Position numbers and translations under genes: made by a program. From a virus, in the IMG/VR virus record IMGVR_UViG_3300025732_000030, positions 14,500 through 78,499 of that record: 64,000 bases of DNA. One strand, given 5' to 3'. Positions 48,625 through 58,417 of the stretch are shown in pieces. Below the pieces are notes generated by a model. That model saw only the letters and a program-made list of their open reading frames with translations. It searched no databases and was not told where the DNA came from. Numbering within the stretch: the stretch's first letter is position 1; the number at the start of each line of letters is the position of its first letter.

Positions 48625-49840
48625 TTGTTTTCTCTATTTGATTGTTATTTGATTCTTCTTCAGGGCTCCCTTGTTCTGCACTTAACTCTTCTTCTAATGC
48701 TATTAACTCTGACTTAAGTTCAGCTCTTTGAATATTAGTTATTGCAGCTTCTATGAGTTCATCAGTAACTGTATCATCTATTGTAGCTGTGACCTCAAGA
48801 GTGCTGTCTTCTTCTGGATTAATTAAATTTAGAGAAGTTATATTAAGCTTATCAAGATATTCTGGGTTAATAGTAACTTCTTTAATTTGAAAAACATCAT
48901 TATACACAATATTTCTATGAATATCATCACTATATTCTTGGTATAATCTTTTGATCATATCTAGTGTAAGTAATCCTTTTTCCTCAATCTGTTTTATAAT
49001 ATTATCAGAATTTCTACGTCCAAGATCTCTTGGTGCCCATCCAAAATAACTAAGCAGAGACTTAAAGTTTACATGGTTTCTAGTATGAGAATTAGATATT
49101 ATATTACTATAATCACTTAATAACATCTGCAAATAGAGTATGCTATTGTCATAATGAGAATTAGCCATAATTTCCATAGCAAGTACATGATTATCACGAT
49201 CAGTACTTTCAAACATATTTTTCAGTTGTTCATATACTATATCATCTATTACAGTAGAATCTTCACCATTTATTTTAGTAAGTAATTCTGACTCATGATA
49301 AATAGGTTTACTTTGCATAGCATTATAAACATCCTGATACTCTGGTTCAATGCCATATATATATGAACTAGTGTAATCAATAGCAGTATCATTAGAAAGA
49401 ATGTTTCTCATGTCTTGCCAATCTGAACAAATTGTTGTAGCACCTGAACCAGTAATAGCTGTTTCTAGTCTTTCAATATAAAATTCATCAGTGCAAATAT
49501 TTTTTACATGCTCAAGAACTTCATTTGCATTTGCAGCATATGTCCACATAGATGTAGTAAGTTTACCCATACTACTTTTGCCACTAAAAAATGCAGTTGC
49601 TTTTTCAGGATCTCTTACTACTCTAATACCAAGATTTAATGCAAGGTCTTTTAGTTTTATCCTTGGAATATTAACTCCCGGCAATAAATATATTGTGTCT
49701 CCTTTTGTAGGAATATATCCCGTTGAATTTGTAAAATCTGAAATCTGTGTGTCTAGACCTTCTATAATGTCTACACTAAATCCACTAATATTTGTATTAG
49801 TACAATTACCGTCTAACTCTATTTTAACGTATTTTTCCAT
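48599..49840 (-). CDS. Hypothetical protein with possible BRCT-like N-terminal domain
   Basis: IYLLPGVNIPRIKLKDL..LGIRVVRDPEKAT resembles a BRCT beta-alpha-beta start. It follows the MoxR gene. Confidence 0.6.
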   Translation of the reverse strand: MEKYVKIELDGNCTNTNISGFSVDIIEGLDTQISDFTNSTGYIPTKGDTIYLLPGVNIPRIKLKDLALNLGIRVVRDPEKATAFFSGKSSMGKLTTSMWTYAANANEVLEHVKNICTDEFYIERLETAITGSGATTICSDWQDMRNILSNDTAIDYTSSYIYGIEPEYQDVYNAMQSKPIYHESELLTKINGEDSTVIDDIVYEQLKNMFESTDRDNHVLAMEIMANSHYDNSILYLQMLLSDYSNIISNSHTRNHVNFKSLLSYFGWAPRDLGRRNSDNIIKQIEEKGLLTLDMIKRLYQEYSDDIHRNIVYNDVFQIKEVTINPEYLDKLNITSLNLINPEEDSTLEVTATIDDTVTDELIEAAITNIQRAELKSELIALEEELSAEQGSPEEESNNNQIEKTNGDDFEWF

Positions 49841-49853
49841 AATTTAATTTATA

Positions 49854-49886
49854 AAGATTAGGGGAAGTATTACCTTCCCCCATCTT
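49854..49886 (-). terminator. Hairpin in the intergenic region after the MoxR gene
   Basis: ggggaag-N6-cttcccc with aagat/atctt extension. A second small stem, ggtgg-N7-ccacc, is at 49917-49933. The U-tract is weak. Confidence 0.5.
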
Positions 49887-49939
49887 AGTTTTTAATCAGT
49901 ATAATGTTTGTTTAAAGGTGGTAAATGTCCACCATTGTT

Positions 49940-51109
49940 TTACTGGATAGCCATCTTCACCACATTCGTATTCTGCATAAGCTTACTAAATTTCACCTTA
50001 TTCCCGTTTACAATCTCTTTGACCATATAATATCTAAGGTCATTTGTAAATGCATCACATTCAGTAGTAAGTTTTGCTATTCTGTCAATTATTGCAGGTG
50101 CAACTGTTCCCTTCTCAGCTTGAACAAGTGAATAGTTTATTACCCGTGTTGCAATAATACTAGAAATATCTGCTCTAAACTCATCATCTTTACCAACAGC
50201 ACTTGTTAGAGCTCCCATTACATAAGTCTCATCTTTGGTTAAAATATCTTCCGGAGAAATTATCTTATCTAGTTTATTGTTGATAAACATAGTAAACATA
50301 GAACTAAAATCTGCTCCAACAGAACCTTCACCAATCATTTGAACTAATGGTAACTCATCTTCAAACTTTCCAATTGAACTAATAGCATTAAAGAATGTTG
50401 TAATAGATCTTGGATTAACTCTTTGAGTTACAAGTTCTGGATTCATCAACATAAAGTTGATACATCTACCATCTATACCTGCTGTCTCAGCCCATCTTGC
50501 CCACACATTAACATCATATTTCATCTCAACAGAAATAAATCTAGTCTTTTGAGCAACATCTAAGCTAGTAACATTATAGTCACCATTATCTGGATTAGTA
50601 GTTAAGATAACATGCCAATTCTTAGGTAATTTCCAAGACACATATTCTTGTCTATCTAATATCTCCATAGTTGCTTGCATGAATCTATGGTCAGCCCTAG
50701 TATAATCATCTAACACTAAAAATCCACCTTCACCTTTACCTTGAATCCACTCTGGTGCAGCATGCGCCATTCTTTTATCTACAACAGTATAACCTGCTTT
50801 AAGAGCCCCTTGAACTTGAGACTCAATTATCCATCTTTCTTTACCTTCTTGGTTTTTTACAAGAAATTCTTTTACAGGAAAACCAACAAGGTCACCTAAT
50901 TCTTCTATCTGAGATAGATTAAGTTTTACAACATCCATTTCAAGCTCTTTACCTAACTGCATAATAGCAGAGGTTTTCCCAAGACCTGCATCTCCTTCTA
51001 TGTTAATTGCTACAGGTACTTTACCTTCAGCTTGAATATGCTGGTTATTACTAACCATGTGACGGATAAATCCTTTTAACTCTTCTACATTTAATTGTAC
51101 TGTGCTCAT
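49940..51109 (-). CDS. MoxR-like AAA+ ATPase
   Basis: Walker A GDAGLGKT, Walker B LVLDDYTRA, sensor LTTNP, and LDVAQKTRF arginine finger. Confidence 0.88.
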   Translation of the reverse strand: MSTVQLNVEELKGFIRHMVSNNQHIQAEGKVPVAINIEGDAGLGKTSAIMQLGKELEMDVVKLNLSQIEELGDLVGFPVKEFLVKNQEGKERWIIESQVQGALKAGYTVVDKRMAHAAPEWIQGKGEGGFLVLDDYTRADHRFMQATMEILDRQEYVSWKLPKNWHVILTTNPDNGDYNVTSLDVAQKTRFISVEMKYDVNVWARWAETAGIDGRCINFMLMNPELVTQRVNPRSITTFFNAISSIGKFEDELPLVQMIGEGSVGADFSSMFTMFINNKLDKIISPEDILTKDETYVMGALTSAVGKDDEFRADISSIIATRVINYSLVQAEKGTVAPAIIDRIAKLTTECDAFTNDLRYYMVKEIVNGNKVKFSKLMQNTNVVKMAIQ

Positions 51110-51114
51110 AATTT

Positions 51115-52293
51115 TTATAGTTCTAATTTAATAACTTTTCCTGGTAATTCTTCATTCATACTTGATCTTTCTGACAATACCCAAAGGACATTACCTTTTG
51201 GTACTACAGATGTATAACACTCTCCATCAGTAAAATACACCAGGCTTGTATATTTCTTTTGGTTAGCATTATAATAATCCAAGACAGGATCAAACTCTGT
51301 TCCTCCTCTTCCTGCTATATTAATTTCAGGTTTTCCTTTGTAAGCTTCAATAGACTTAATGCTTGTATCACATTGCATTATAGTAATATCTACTCCTGCT
51401 TTATAAATATGATGGATTTCTCCCATAAATTCTTGCAGTTCAGCATTGCTTACAGAACCTGAAGTATCAATAGCCAACAACATATGTTGTTTCATTTTAA
51501 TCTTTAGACCAGGATTTTCATCATATCTTCTGTTTTCTTTTCTTCTGATTTTCTTAGTAAATACTTTTGTACTTATTCCAGTAAATCTTCTAATATATCC
51601 TCTCCAATCAAACTTAGGTGGTACTATTTCTTCAAGAACAATTACTCCTTCTATCTCACCTGGAATATATCCCCGTTTCTTAACAGTTTGTTCTTTGGCA
51701 TCAGATAAAACTTTTTGTAATTGTTTCTCTATTAACTTTTGCTCAGCTTCACTAAGTTCTTCAAACTCTTCCCAGGTGCTGTGATCAGGTGTGTTACCTT
51801 GTTCAATATTATCTAGCAACTTATCCATGTTCTCACATCCACAAGTACCATCTTTGTCCTTGTCTTGTTGAAGTTGTTTAAGTTTATCATAATAATATCT
51901 ACATCCTGCTTTTCTTTCAAGATATAAATCTTCATAGTCATCTATATTTATTCCTCCTTCCGGTAACCAATCTGCATTAATATACTGATTGATTTCCATA
52001 TCCATTGCTACATTTGCCAGCCTCTTGTCTCTAAAAGACTTGAAACTTGTAAGATGACCAAAAGCAATATGAAGTAATTCATGCTTTAGTAATCCCATTT
52101 GATGCATCTCACTCAGGTTTGTCCAGAACTCTTCATTAATGGCCAACTGAAAGTTGATACCATTCTTACTCACACCTGCAGTAGGAAGATCTTTTCTCCA
52201 TACTTTATTGAGCATAATAAGAAAGAACCCATAATAGGGCTCTTTCAACATAAGCTCTTTACTAATTTTACTTAGACTTTGTACTTTGTCCAT
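51115..52293 (-). CDS. Zincin (DUF2201-like) plus vWA domain protein
   Basis: HELLH..GH, NVAMDMEINQ, MIDAS DTSGS, GGTEF and YFTDG. Confidence 0.88.
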   Translation of the reverse strand: MDKVQSLSKISKELMLKEPYYGFFLIMLNKVWRKDLPTAGVSKNGINFQLAINEEFWTNLSEMHQMGLLKHELLHIAFGHLTSFKSFRDKRLANVAMDMEINQYINADWLPEGGINIDDYEDLYLERKAGCRYYYDKLKQLQQDKDKDGTCGCENMDKLLDNIEQGNTPDHSTWEEFEELSEAEQKLIEKQLQKVLSDAKEQTVKKRGYIPGEIEGVIVLEEIVPPKFDWRGYIRRFTGISTKVFTKKIRRKENRRYDENPGLKIKMKQHMLLAIDTSGSVSNAELQEFMGEIHHIYKAGVDITIMQCDTSIKSIEAYKGKPEINIAGRGGTEFDPVLDYYNANQKKYTSLVYFTDGECYTSVVPKGNVLWVLSERSSMNEELPGKVIKLEL

Positions 52294-52699
52294 CTTCTTT
52301 TAGTTTTATTTCTAACTCAAATTTGTCAGCTGGGTAACCCATTTGCTCTAACATTTTAGTCATGCTTTTAATGAAATATTCTAGGAATAATTCTATAGAA
52401 AGCACACTAGCATTATTAAGAGTCATTATAGATAAAATCTCTCCTGAAGATAATTTGGGATTTACCCAATCTCCTGAATAATTTTGTATTTTATCTATAA
52501 TATATGTATGAGCTTTTTTACAATCTTGTTCCCAATGCTCTAACTCAAAATCTCCATATCTAAATAATACCATGATTTCACCTGCATGTGTTTTAGGGTC
52601 TAAACCTTCTATAACTTTAAATGCAACATGTCTATTATCTACATCAGGAGACCTAAGCATATTAATCATGTTTCTTATTTCATCCTTTGTTAAAATCAT
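52268..52699 (-). CDS. Hypothetical helical protein
   Basis: 143 aa ORF overlapping the vWA gene start, with an N-terminal MLRSPDVDN motif. Confidence 0.7.
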   Translation of the reverse strand: MILTKDEIRNMINMLRSPDVDNRHVAFKVIEGLDPKTHAGEIMVLFRYGDFELEHWEQDCKKAHTYIIDKIQNYSGDWVNPKLSSGEILSIMTLNNASVLSIELFLEYFIKSMTKMLEQMGYPADKFELEIKLKEDGQSTKSK

Positions 52700-52710
52700 T
52701 AGTCTTTAAC

Positions 52711-53007
52711 TTAATAATTAATTAATAGTCTTTTAATTAAACCCACAGCACTTACTTTATGAAATAAATGTTCAAGCCCTCTTAAATCATTAATAGTTGA
52801 ACAGTTTATATTTAAATGTACATTCTCTCCATGATCTGGTGCTGACAATAACTTTATCATATAGTTATTATCAATACCATAATCCTTAGTTAAAAATAAT
52901 ATCAAATCTGGAAAAAAAGCATGTACATACTTCTGATTTTTTATATCATCAGCTTTCCAATTATTCTCTAATAAACTTTCATGTGTTATTTGTATTATAT
53001 CTTCCAT
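52711..53007 (-). CDS. Hypothetical protein
   Basis: 98 aa ORF, TAATG-coupled to the upstream gene. Confidence 0.7.
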   Translation of the reverse strand: MEDIIQITHESLLENNWKADDIKNQKYVHAFFPDLILFLTKDYGIDNNYMIKLLSAPDHGENVHLNINCSTINDLRGLEHLFHKVSAVGLIKRLLINY

Positions 53008-53348
53008 TAGTCTTCAATTTTTAAAGTTTTTATCATCCATTCTGTGGGTGTATTTATATTTTCAACCCATTCTTTAGCAGTAGGAATGTAATTGTTACAA
53101 TCTTCCTTTACATGTTGTTCTCCAACATATCTTGTATATACAGTTTTACCTTCTGAATTTTCAAAACTTGGTCCAAACTTTTTCTCACATTCAAATATTC
53201 CCTCACTATGGTGTCTGAACATTCTATGTTTACTATGTCCTATCCAAGCTTTAGTTTCATCAAACCAGTTATGAATCTCTATGTAATCAATTGGAAAACC
53301 TCCCCACTTTCTAGCAGAAGATTTTGCATGTTGCCAAGGATGTGCCAT
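53007..53348 (-). CDS. His-rich DUF6915-like protein
   Basis: HPWQHAKSSARKWGG...IHNWFD...HRMFRHHSEGIF...EQHVKED pattern. Confidence 0.7.
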   Translation of the reverse strand: MAHPWQHAKSSARKWGGFPIDYIEIHNWFDETKAWIGHSKHRMFRHHSEGIFECEKKFGPSFENSEGKTVYTRYVGEQHVKEDCNNYIPTAKEWVENINTPTEWMIKTLKIED

Positions 53349-53746
53349 TATTTTGTTTTCTTAAATAAATTACCATCATGATCATATTCATCTAGCTCCA
53401 CTCTTCTTATATTATTGTGTATAAGATATTCTCCTGAAGGAACTTTAATTAATAATACTCCATAACCTCCTTCATTATTCCACCAGTCTTCAATATCCTC
53501 TAATATATGTTCTGTTGCAAAATTTTCAATAGTATTACATAAATCTGAATTTAATGAAGTTAAAGCTTGATCTTTATTCCAAGAATCAATATATTCTATA
53601 TCATCAAACTCTGCATTTTCTTGTGTAGTGTATACTACATCTTCTATAGCACCATTATCTCCACCACCTTCATAATATACTTTGATTCCGGTAACACCTA
53701 AATCAGCCAACTGTAATAAAGTTGACATTAAATCTTCTTCTGTCAT
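53348..53746 (-). CDS. Acidic DUF6878-like protein
   Basis: VYYEGGGDNGAIE...DWWNNEGGYG pattern. TAATG-coupled to the DUF6915-like gene. Confidence 0.65.
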   Translation of the reverse strand: MTEEDLMSTLLQLADLGVTGIKVYYEGGGDNGAIEDVVYTTQENAEFDDIEYIDSWNKDQALTSLNSDLCNTIENFATEHILEDIEDWWNNEGGYGVLLIKVPSGEYLIHNNIRRVELDEYDHDGNLFKKTK

Positions 53747-53752
53747 AATTAT

Positions 53753-54181
53753 TTATTTGAATTTGTAAAACCTACCGAGGATATTACCATTTAAGAACTC
53801 ATCACTTTCTAATACTTCTCTGACAAATTGAAACTTGGTCTCATAATAAGTAAGTTCCATAGCAGAGTAACATATTTTAAGTATGTATCTTCTAATGTTT
53901 ATCCCGGCTTTATGTGCATCTTTCAGCACAGAATTGCTGCTATAATAGACTTCATAACTAAGTTTCTTCTGTATAGTATATTTCTTAGCTCTTTTATCCT
54001 GCATAGAAGACACGGCCTTCTTGCCAAATTTCTTCTTAGTTGTAGAATAAAAGTTCTTTTTTCCAATATACCTTACAAGCTTACCATCTATTACTGCCTG
54101 CATCTCATAGACAAAACCTACTGCTCCTTCTGGAATCATTGAATTTTCAAAGTCTTGTCCTTGGTATGACCATTTGCTCAT
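53753..54181 (-). CDS. GIY-YIG family nuclease-like protein
   Basis: GFVY...RYIGKK, YYSS, helix E (YYETK) and C-terminal N (FLNGNI). Confidence 0.75.
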   Translation of the reverse strand: MSKWSYQGQDFENSMIPEGAVGFVYEMQAVIDGKLVRYIGKKNFYSTTKKKFGKKAVSSMQDKRAKKYTIQKKLSYEVYYSSNSVLKDAHKAGINIRRYILKICYSAMELTYYETKFQFVREVLESDEFLNGNILGRFYKFK

Positions 54182-55161
54182 AATAATACTTGTTTTAATA
54201 ACGGCAAGAGATTGTCTCTTACTTTATCTATACCATGTACTTTAATAGCATCTGATAAATCTTTCTCAAGATCTAATATAACATACTCAAAACCATATCT
54301 AGATTTATATTTTTCCGCAGCTTTTATACCAGCCTCATCATTGTCAAACAACACACATACTTTTTGATACTTAGAACTAATGTTACTCATTATGTTCTCA
54401 GGTATCATAGTATTCTCACTGTCTGGTGCAATTGCTTCAGAATTACTAATCTTTAGTTTATTATATGCCATTAAATCTTTAAGGGAAGATGTTATAATTA
54501 AATAAGGTTTATCAAATACTAATTGTTCTGTACCTTGTATATAATCTCTTACCTTGATGAATTTACTGTCTTTTACTTTTGGCTGATAAATCTTATAGAG
54601 TGTCCCGTCTTCTTTAAAATATCCATAGATATAATTACCCTTGATAGTTATGCTAGACTCAACATCATTTTGATCTGTCTTTGTCATCACATAATATTCT
54701 AATGGAACAACATTGTATTTAGATAGTAATCTAGATCCAATGTGAAATCCCATCCAATATTTTTGGTCAAGAGTATTCCAGTGCCGCATCTCATAATCAG
54801 TAACTTTAAACTTACTGTGTTGTTTATAAGACTTTATAGGATTATAACCATTGTTTAGAACATATTGGTTATAGTCTTCAATTATCTTATAACTTGCAGA
54901 ACCTCTAGTGGGTAAATTAAATAGAACTTGGACAAGGCTAATTGCATCACCACCATTACCTGAAGAAAAATCTTTGAACTTATAGAAATTATTTCTGTCA
55001 ATATAAATACACATAGAAGGTGTCTTCTCCCGTGGATTAAATACTGACTTCATTTTAATATCTTGTCCCGTAAGTCTTTCTGTAAGATTGAGATAGTGTT
55101 CAAATGCCCATTCTCTTGGAACATCAGCTAAATCATATATTAAGTTTTTTGTAGAAATCAT
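54178..55161 (-). CDS. dnaG: DnaG-like TOPRIM primase
   Basis: EKTPSM..FKDFSSG.GGD N-terminal domain and TOPRIM IITSSLKD...FDNDEAG...KDLSD. Confidence 0.85.
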   Translation of the reverse strand: MISTKNLIYDLADVPREWAFEHYLNLTERLTGQDIKMKSVFNPREKTPSMCIYIDRNNFYKFKDFSSGNGGDAISLVQVLFNLPTRGSASYKIIEDYNQYVLNNGYNPIKSYKQHSKFKVTDYEMRHWNTLDQKYWMGFHIGSRLLSKYNVVPLEYYVMTKTDQNDVESSITIKGNYIYGYFKEDGTLYKIYQPKVKDSKFIKVRDYIQGTEQLVFDKPYLIITSSLKDLMAYNKLKISNSEAIAPDSENTMIPENIMSNISSKYQKVCVLFDNDEAGIKAAEKYKSRYGFEYVILDLEKDLSDAIKVHGIDKVRDNLLPLLKQVLL

Positions 55162-55184
55162 AGCAACCCAATTTAGTACATAAA

Positions 55185-55207
55185 GGGGGAGCTAGAATAA
55201 CTCCCCC
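55185..55207 (-). terminator. Hairpin between putative SSB and primase genes
   Basis: gggggag-N9-ctccccc followed by only UUUA on the minus strand. Possibly a leaky terminator or processing stem. Confidence 0.55.
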
Positions 55208-55221
55208 AAATGTAGGAGTTG

Positions 55222-55911
55222 TTAATCTAGATTGAAATCAGAAGATGTTCTACCTGGTGTAGGAAAATCATCATCATCATCCCCAAAATTGTCAACAGGC
55301 TTTACCTCAAGTTTCTTAAGATGTTTAGCCTCATCATATTTTAGAATTCTGTCAGAACCTTCTTGACCATAAGCATACTTGTTATTTTCTGCTTTTGGTA
55401 ACCACATATCATATGCAGTGTAACCAGATTTGTTCTCATATTCTTTACCAGCAATACAGAAATCTAAAAGTACATCTTTGATTGGAGCATTATCACTAAA
55501 GTTTTTTACAAATTCTTCAATAGTATTAAACTTGTTATCTTGCTCTTCAAACCATTGCATTATACCAGTTGCTTTAGATAGATTAGCTAAGAACATCATC
55601 AGAGATCTATCTCTTTGGATTTTAATTCCTGACTTTGTTTGTCCATCTGCAAATGCATACTGACTAGCTTTTACTCTACCAATTTGTCCTTGATATTTTC
55701 CTTTGCTTTCATCATCCTTATCCACTAGAAAACCTTCAAATCCATCAATAGGTTCTGTCTCAACATGTAGTATTAAATGTTTAGCACCATCAATAAATTG
55801 AAAGTCTTCTAAAGTAATACTATTAATTTTTAATGTGTGGTTTCCTGGTGCAATTGTTTTTGGCATTCCTGAACCACCTTCGTTTACTAGATCTTTTGTA
55901 CTTAGTCCCAT
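55222..55911 (-). CDS. Putative single-stranded DNA-binding protein
   Basis: Beta-rich N-terminus (IAPGNHTLKINSI) and acidic C-tail ending DFNLD. Sits between the AAA ATPase and the primase. Confidence 0.55.
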   Translation of the reverse strand: MGLSTKDLVNEGGSGMPKTIAPGNHTLKINSITLEDFQFIDGAKHLILHVETEPIDGFEGFLVDKDDESKGKYQGQIGRVKASQYAFADGQTKSGIKIQRDRSLMMFLANLSKATGIMQWFEEQDNKFNTIEEFVKNFSDNAPIKDVLLDFCIAGKEYENKSGYTAYDMWLPKAENNKYAYGQEGSDRILKYDEAKHLKKLEVKPVDNFGDDDDDFPTPGRTSSDFNLD

Positions 55912-55928
55912 TTTGTTTTTATTATTTA

Positions 55929-56648
55929 TTATTTATACACTTTATCCCAGTGAGTAATTAACTCACCCATTTTCATTTCAGAAATTACTATTTCTTCATT
56001 TCTTAAGTGCTCAGGTCTTGCACCACAAGTCACTTCTTCATTAGTTTTAAAGCTTAGGATGGTTTGATCACCTTTTCTAAACATATAACCAATGGCATCT
56101 GCATTTGCACAAATTAAAGATTTTATTTTTCCTGTTAAGTCTATATTAGCAGACATAACCATTTCTCCCTTATCATCTACCTGCTTGTCTTTAATGTGAC
56201 CAGATAAAATAATTTGGGGTGCTAATGTATCAATAAAATCTAACACTTGAAAGAATGCTTGCCTAATATATAAATAACCAGCACCATTTGGTAAAGTAAG
56301 AACACTGTCTCCAGTATAATTTTTACCCATGCTAGTTTTCTGGTATAGGCTAATTGCAAGTGGCATTACCATATCTTCTAAAGCTGTCACAGTATCAATT
56401 GTAACATACTTATATGGTTTACCAGCATCTTTGATTGCTTTACCAATCTCTTTAAGTTCTTGAAGATTACTTGCTTTGACTTTAATGGCTTCAACATAGT
56501 CTGCACCATTTTCTAAGTCAATAATTAAATTTCCTTCAAGACCAGCAAATGCACTTGTCTTACCAGTTTTAGGCTTAGAATAGATAATTAATCTTTTAGG
56601 ATTAACTCTATCAGCTTTTATCTTTTTAGTTGGAAGTACTATACTCAT
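55929..56648 (-). CDS. AAA_24/Sak4-like P-loop ATPase
   Basis: YSKPKTGKT, IIDLENG, VTIDTVT, ILSGH and ADAIGY motifs. Confidence 0.8.
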   Translation of the reverse strand: MSIVLPTKKIKADRVNPKRLIIYSKPKTGKTSAFAGLEGNLIIDLENGADYVEAIKVKASNLQELKEIGKAIKDAGKPYKYVTIDTVTALEDMVMPLAISLYQKTSMGKNYTGDSVLTLPNGAGYLYIRQAFFQVLDFIDTLAPQIILSGHIKDKQVDDKGEMVMSANIDLTGKIKSLICANADAIGYMFRKGDQTILSFKTNEEVTCGARPEHLRNEEIVISEMKMGELITHWDKVYK

Positions 56649-56649
56649 G

Positions 56650-57234
56650 TCATTTGTTTTTTAATGCTGTTGCAAGTTTCTGAAAACTACCGGCAATCTC
56701 TAATAAAATTGCTGATACATCTTCAGAAGATTCTGTTACATCCTTTAGTTTTGGGACAAACTCCTCTTCAAAGTCTGGAAAAACACTTAACTTCTTTTGC
56801 TCTACAGGCTCAGAAGTTCTGTTTTTATCATACTCATTGTAAGGAATTTCTTCAGAACCTTTGTTTACACAAACTAATTCTGATGTAGGAATAATGTAAG
56901 CAGAATATTCTTCTCCCCTTGAATTGGTAGAAACTTTAACTTCATACTCTTCTTTAAAATAAGGATTGTATCTGTATTTAAATAATGGTCTTTCCCAAAA
57001 CATTGGAACCATATCTGTTTCCATGCCTTTTGGATCTCTTGTAATGTCTACCATTTCCATATAAATATCAGAACCTTTGTTTAATTCATTTTCAAATAAC
57101 TGAATCTGTCTTCCAAATTTACCTTTGCTATAAAAAGCAGTCTTTGCAATAAATTGATAACTAGAATTTAGTTTTTCTAGATAACCAGAGTGATGTTCCA
57201 TCAACTCTTTTTCTTTTTCTCTTCTATTATACAT
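56650..57234 (-). CDS. Hypothetical protein
   Basis: 194 aa ORF tightly packed in the replication operon. Confidence 0.75.
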   Translation of the reverse strand: MYNRREKEKELMEHHSGYLEKLNSSYQFIAKTAFYSKGKFGRQIQLFENELNKGSDIYMEMVDITRDPKGMETDMVPMFWERPLFKYRYNPYFKEEYEVKVSTNSRGEEYSAYIIPTSELVCVNKGSEEIPYNEYDKNRTSEPVEQKKLSVFPDFEEEFVPKLKDVTESSEDVSAILLEIAGSFQKLATALKNK

Positions 57235-57243
57235 ATTTTAAAA

Positions 57244-58218
57244 TTAATGTGCGGATGTAGGTGGTGGGTCAATCTCAACAATTCTCATTACTTTATTGTC
57301 CAATTTGTAAAAGTTCATACCCATGAAACCATTTCTTGATTTTAATATGTGAAATATTAAAAGATCTGGATCATTTATAATATACTTTTCAGGACCATAG
57401 AATTTAATTTTTCTGTTAAAAGGACGATTAATACCTAACACAACATCAGCATGTTGTAGCAAAGCATCAGAACCATATAAATCAGAATCTAGAATATAAT
57501 TTCCATATGTACCATCTTTTGCTCTTTCAACAGTTTCAACATTTCTGTTTAACTGACTAAGAACTAAGAAAGCTACAGGAAATTTTTTCTTCATTTCTGT
57601 AAGGCCTTCACCTAAAGCATGTAGCATCTCAAACTTATCTTTCTGCCCCTTACCAACTCTAAATAAAGCTGAGTGATCTATAGTGACCAAAGTATTTACA
57701 TAACCTTCTTCTGTTTTATGTTTTTCTAAATAAGCATGAATAGTAGCACACATCTCTTCCACTGTACATGGATCATACACCACATCTACTATATCATATT
57801 TCTCGGTACTTTCATAAAACTGCACACACTTTTGAAAAATACTTTTATCAACAGGTTTTTCCTTACTCATCAGAGTGTTATAATCAGAACCAACATTCAT
57901 AGACAATTTTCTTATACCATTTGTTTCATCTAGCATTTCAAACTGAAACTTTAATATTCTGAAAGTTTGGTCAGGATTTATTTGTATAACATCATTAACC
58001 AACTGTTCCATAAATAAAGTTTTACCTGTTCCTGGTCTTGCACCAACAACTGTAATAGTTCTCCACTCTAATCCGTCACAAAAAGCATTATTAAAATTTA
58101 CCCAAGCTGTCTTCAATGATTTTAATTGACCACTGTGTCTAGCTTTCATTTTATAGAGAGCTTTTTTAAGAGCATCCCTTTCACTCACAGCCTTTAAAGG
58201 GCTTGCATTATTATACAT
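57244..58218 (-). CDS. dnaB: DnaB-like replicative helicase (motor domain only)
   Basis: GARPGTGKT, FQFEM, TIDH, LSQLNR, GSDALLQHADVV and KSRNG. Confidence 0.92.
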   Translation of the reverse strand: MYNNASPLKAVSERDALKKALYKMKARHSGQLKSLKTAWVNFNNAFCDGLEWRTITVVGARPGTGKTLFMEQLVNDVIQINPDQTFRILKFQFEMLDETNGIRKLSMNVGSDYNTLMSKEKPVDKSIFQKCVQFYESTEKYDIVDVVYDPCTVEEMCATIHAYLEKHKTEEGYVNTLVTIDHSALFRVGKGQKDKFEMLHALGEGLTEMKKKFPVAFLVLSQLNRNVETVERAKDGTYGNYILDSDLYGSDALLQHADVVLGINRPFNRKIKFYGPEKYIINDPDLLIFHILKSRNGFMGMNFYKLDNKVMRIVEIDPPPTSAH

Positions 58219-58228
58219 ACATTATAGA

Positions 58229-58417
58229 TTAATCTTTTTGAGTATCCTCTTTTAAGGGTTGTATCTTCTCATATAGAAAATGAGATAAAGTAATTATAGC
58301 CTCTATGGCTATATACTGTAAAATACTCACTTCTACAATATAGTTGTTAATTATTAGATACAAACACACACTCCCAATAATCCCAATAAGTAACTTCTTT
58401 AAATTTATGTGTATCAA
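58229..58417 (-). CDS. Small two-TM membrane protein
   Basis: Two hydrophobic stretches. ATGA-type overlap with the upstream gene. Confidence 0.6.
   Translation of the reverse strand: MIHINLKKLLIGIIGSVCLYLIINNYIVEVSILQYIAIEAIITLSHFLYEKIQPLKEDTQKD

Noticed and set aside
53753-54181. Mobile homing endonuclease
   Set aside because: It is a 142-aa catalytic domain only, with no DNA-binding extension, and is translationally coupled to the primase. It looks like a resident gene.
24348-58218. Inteins or self-splicing introns in RNAP, PolB or DnaB
   Set aside because: PolB and DnaB motifs are contiguous at normal spacing. No intein C/S...HN boundaries or LAGLIDADG/HNH motifs were seen in the RNAP insertions.
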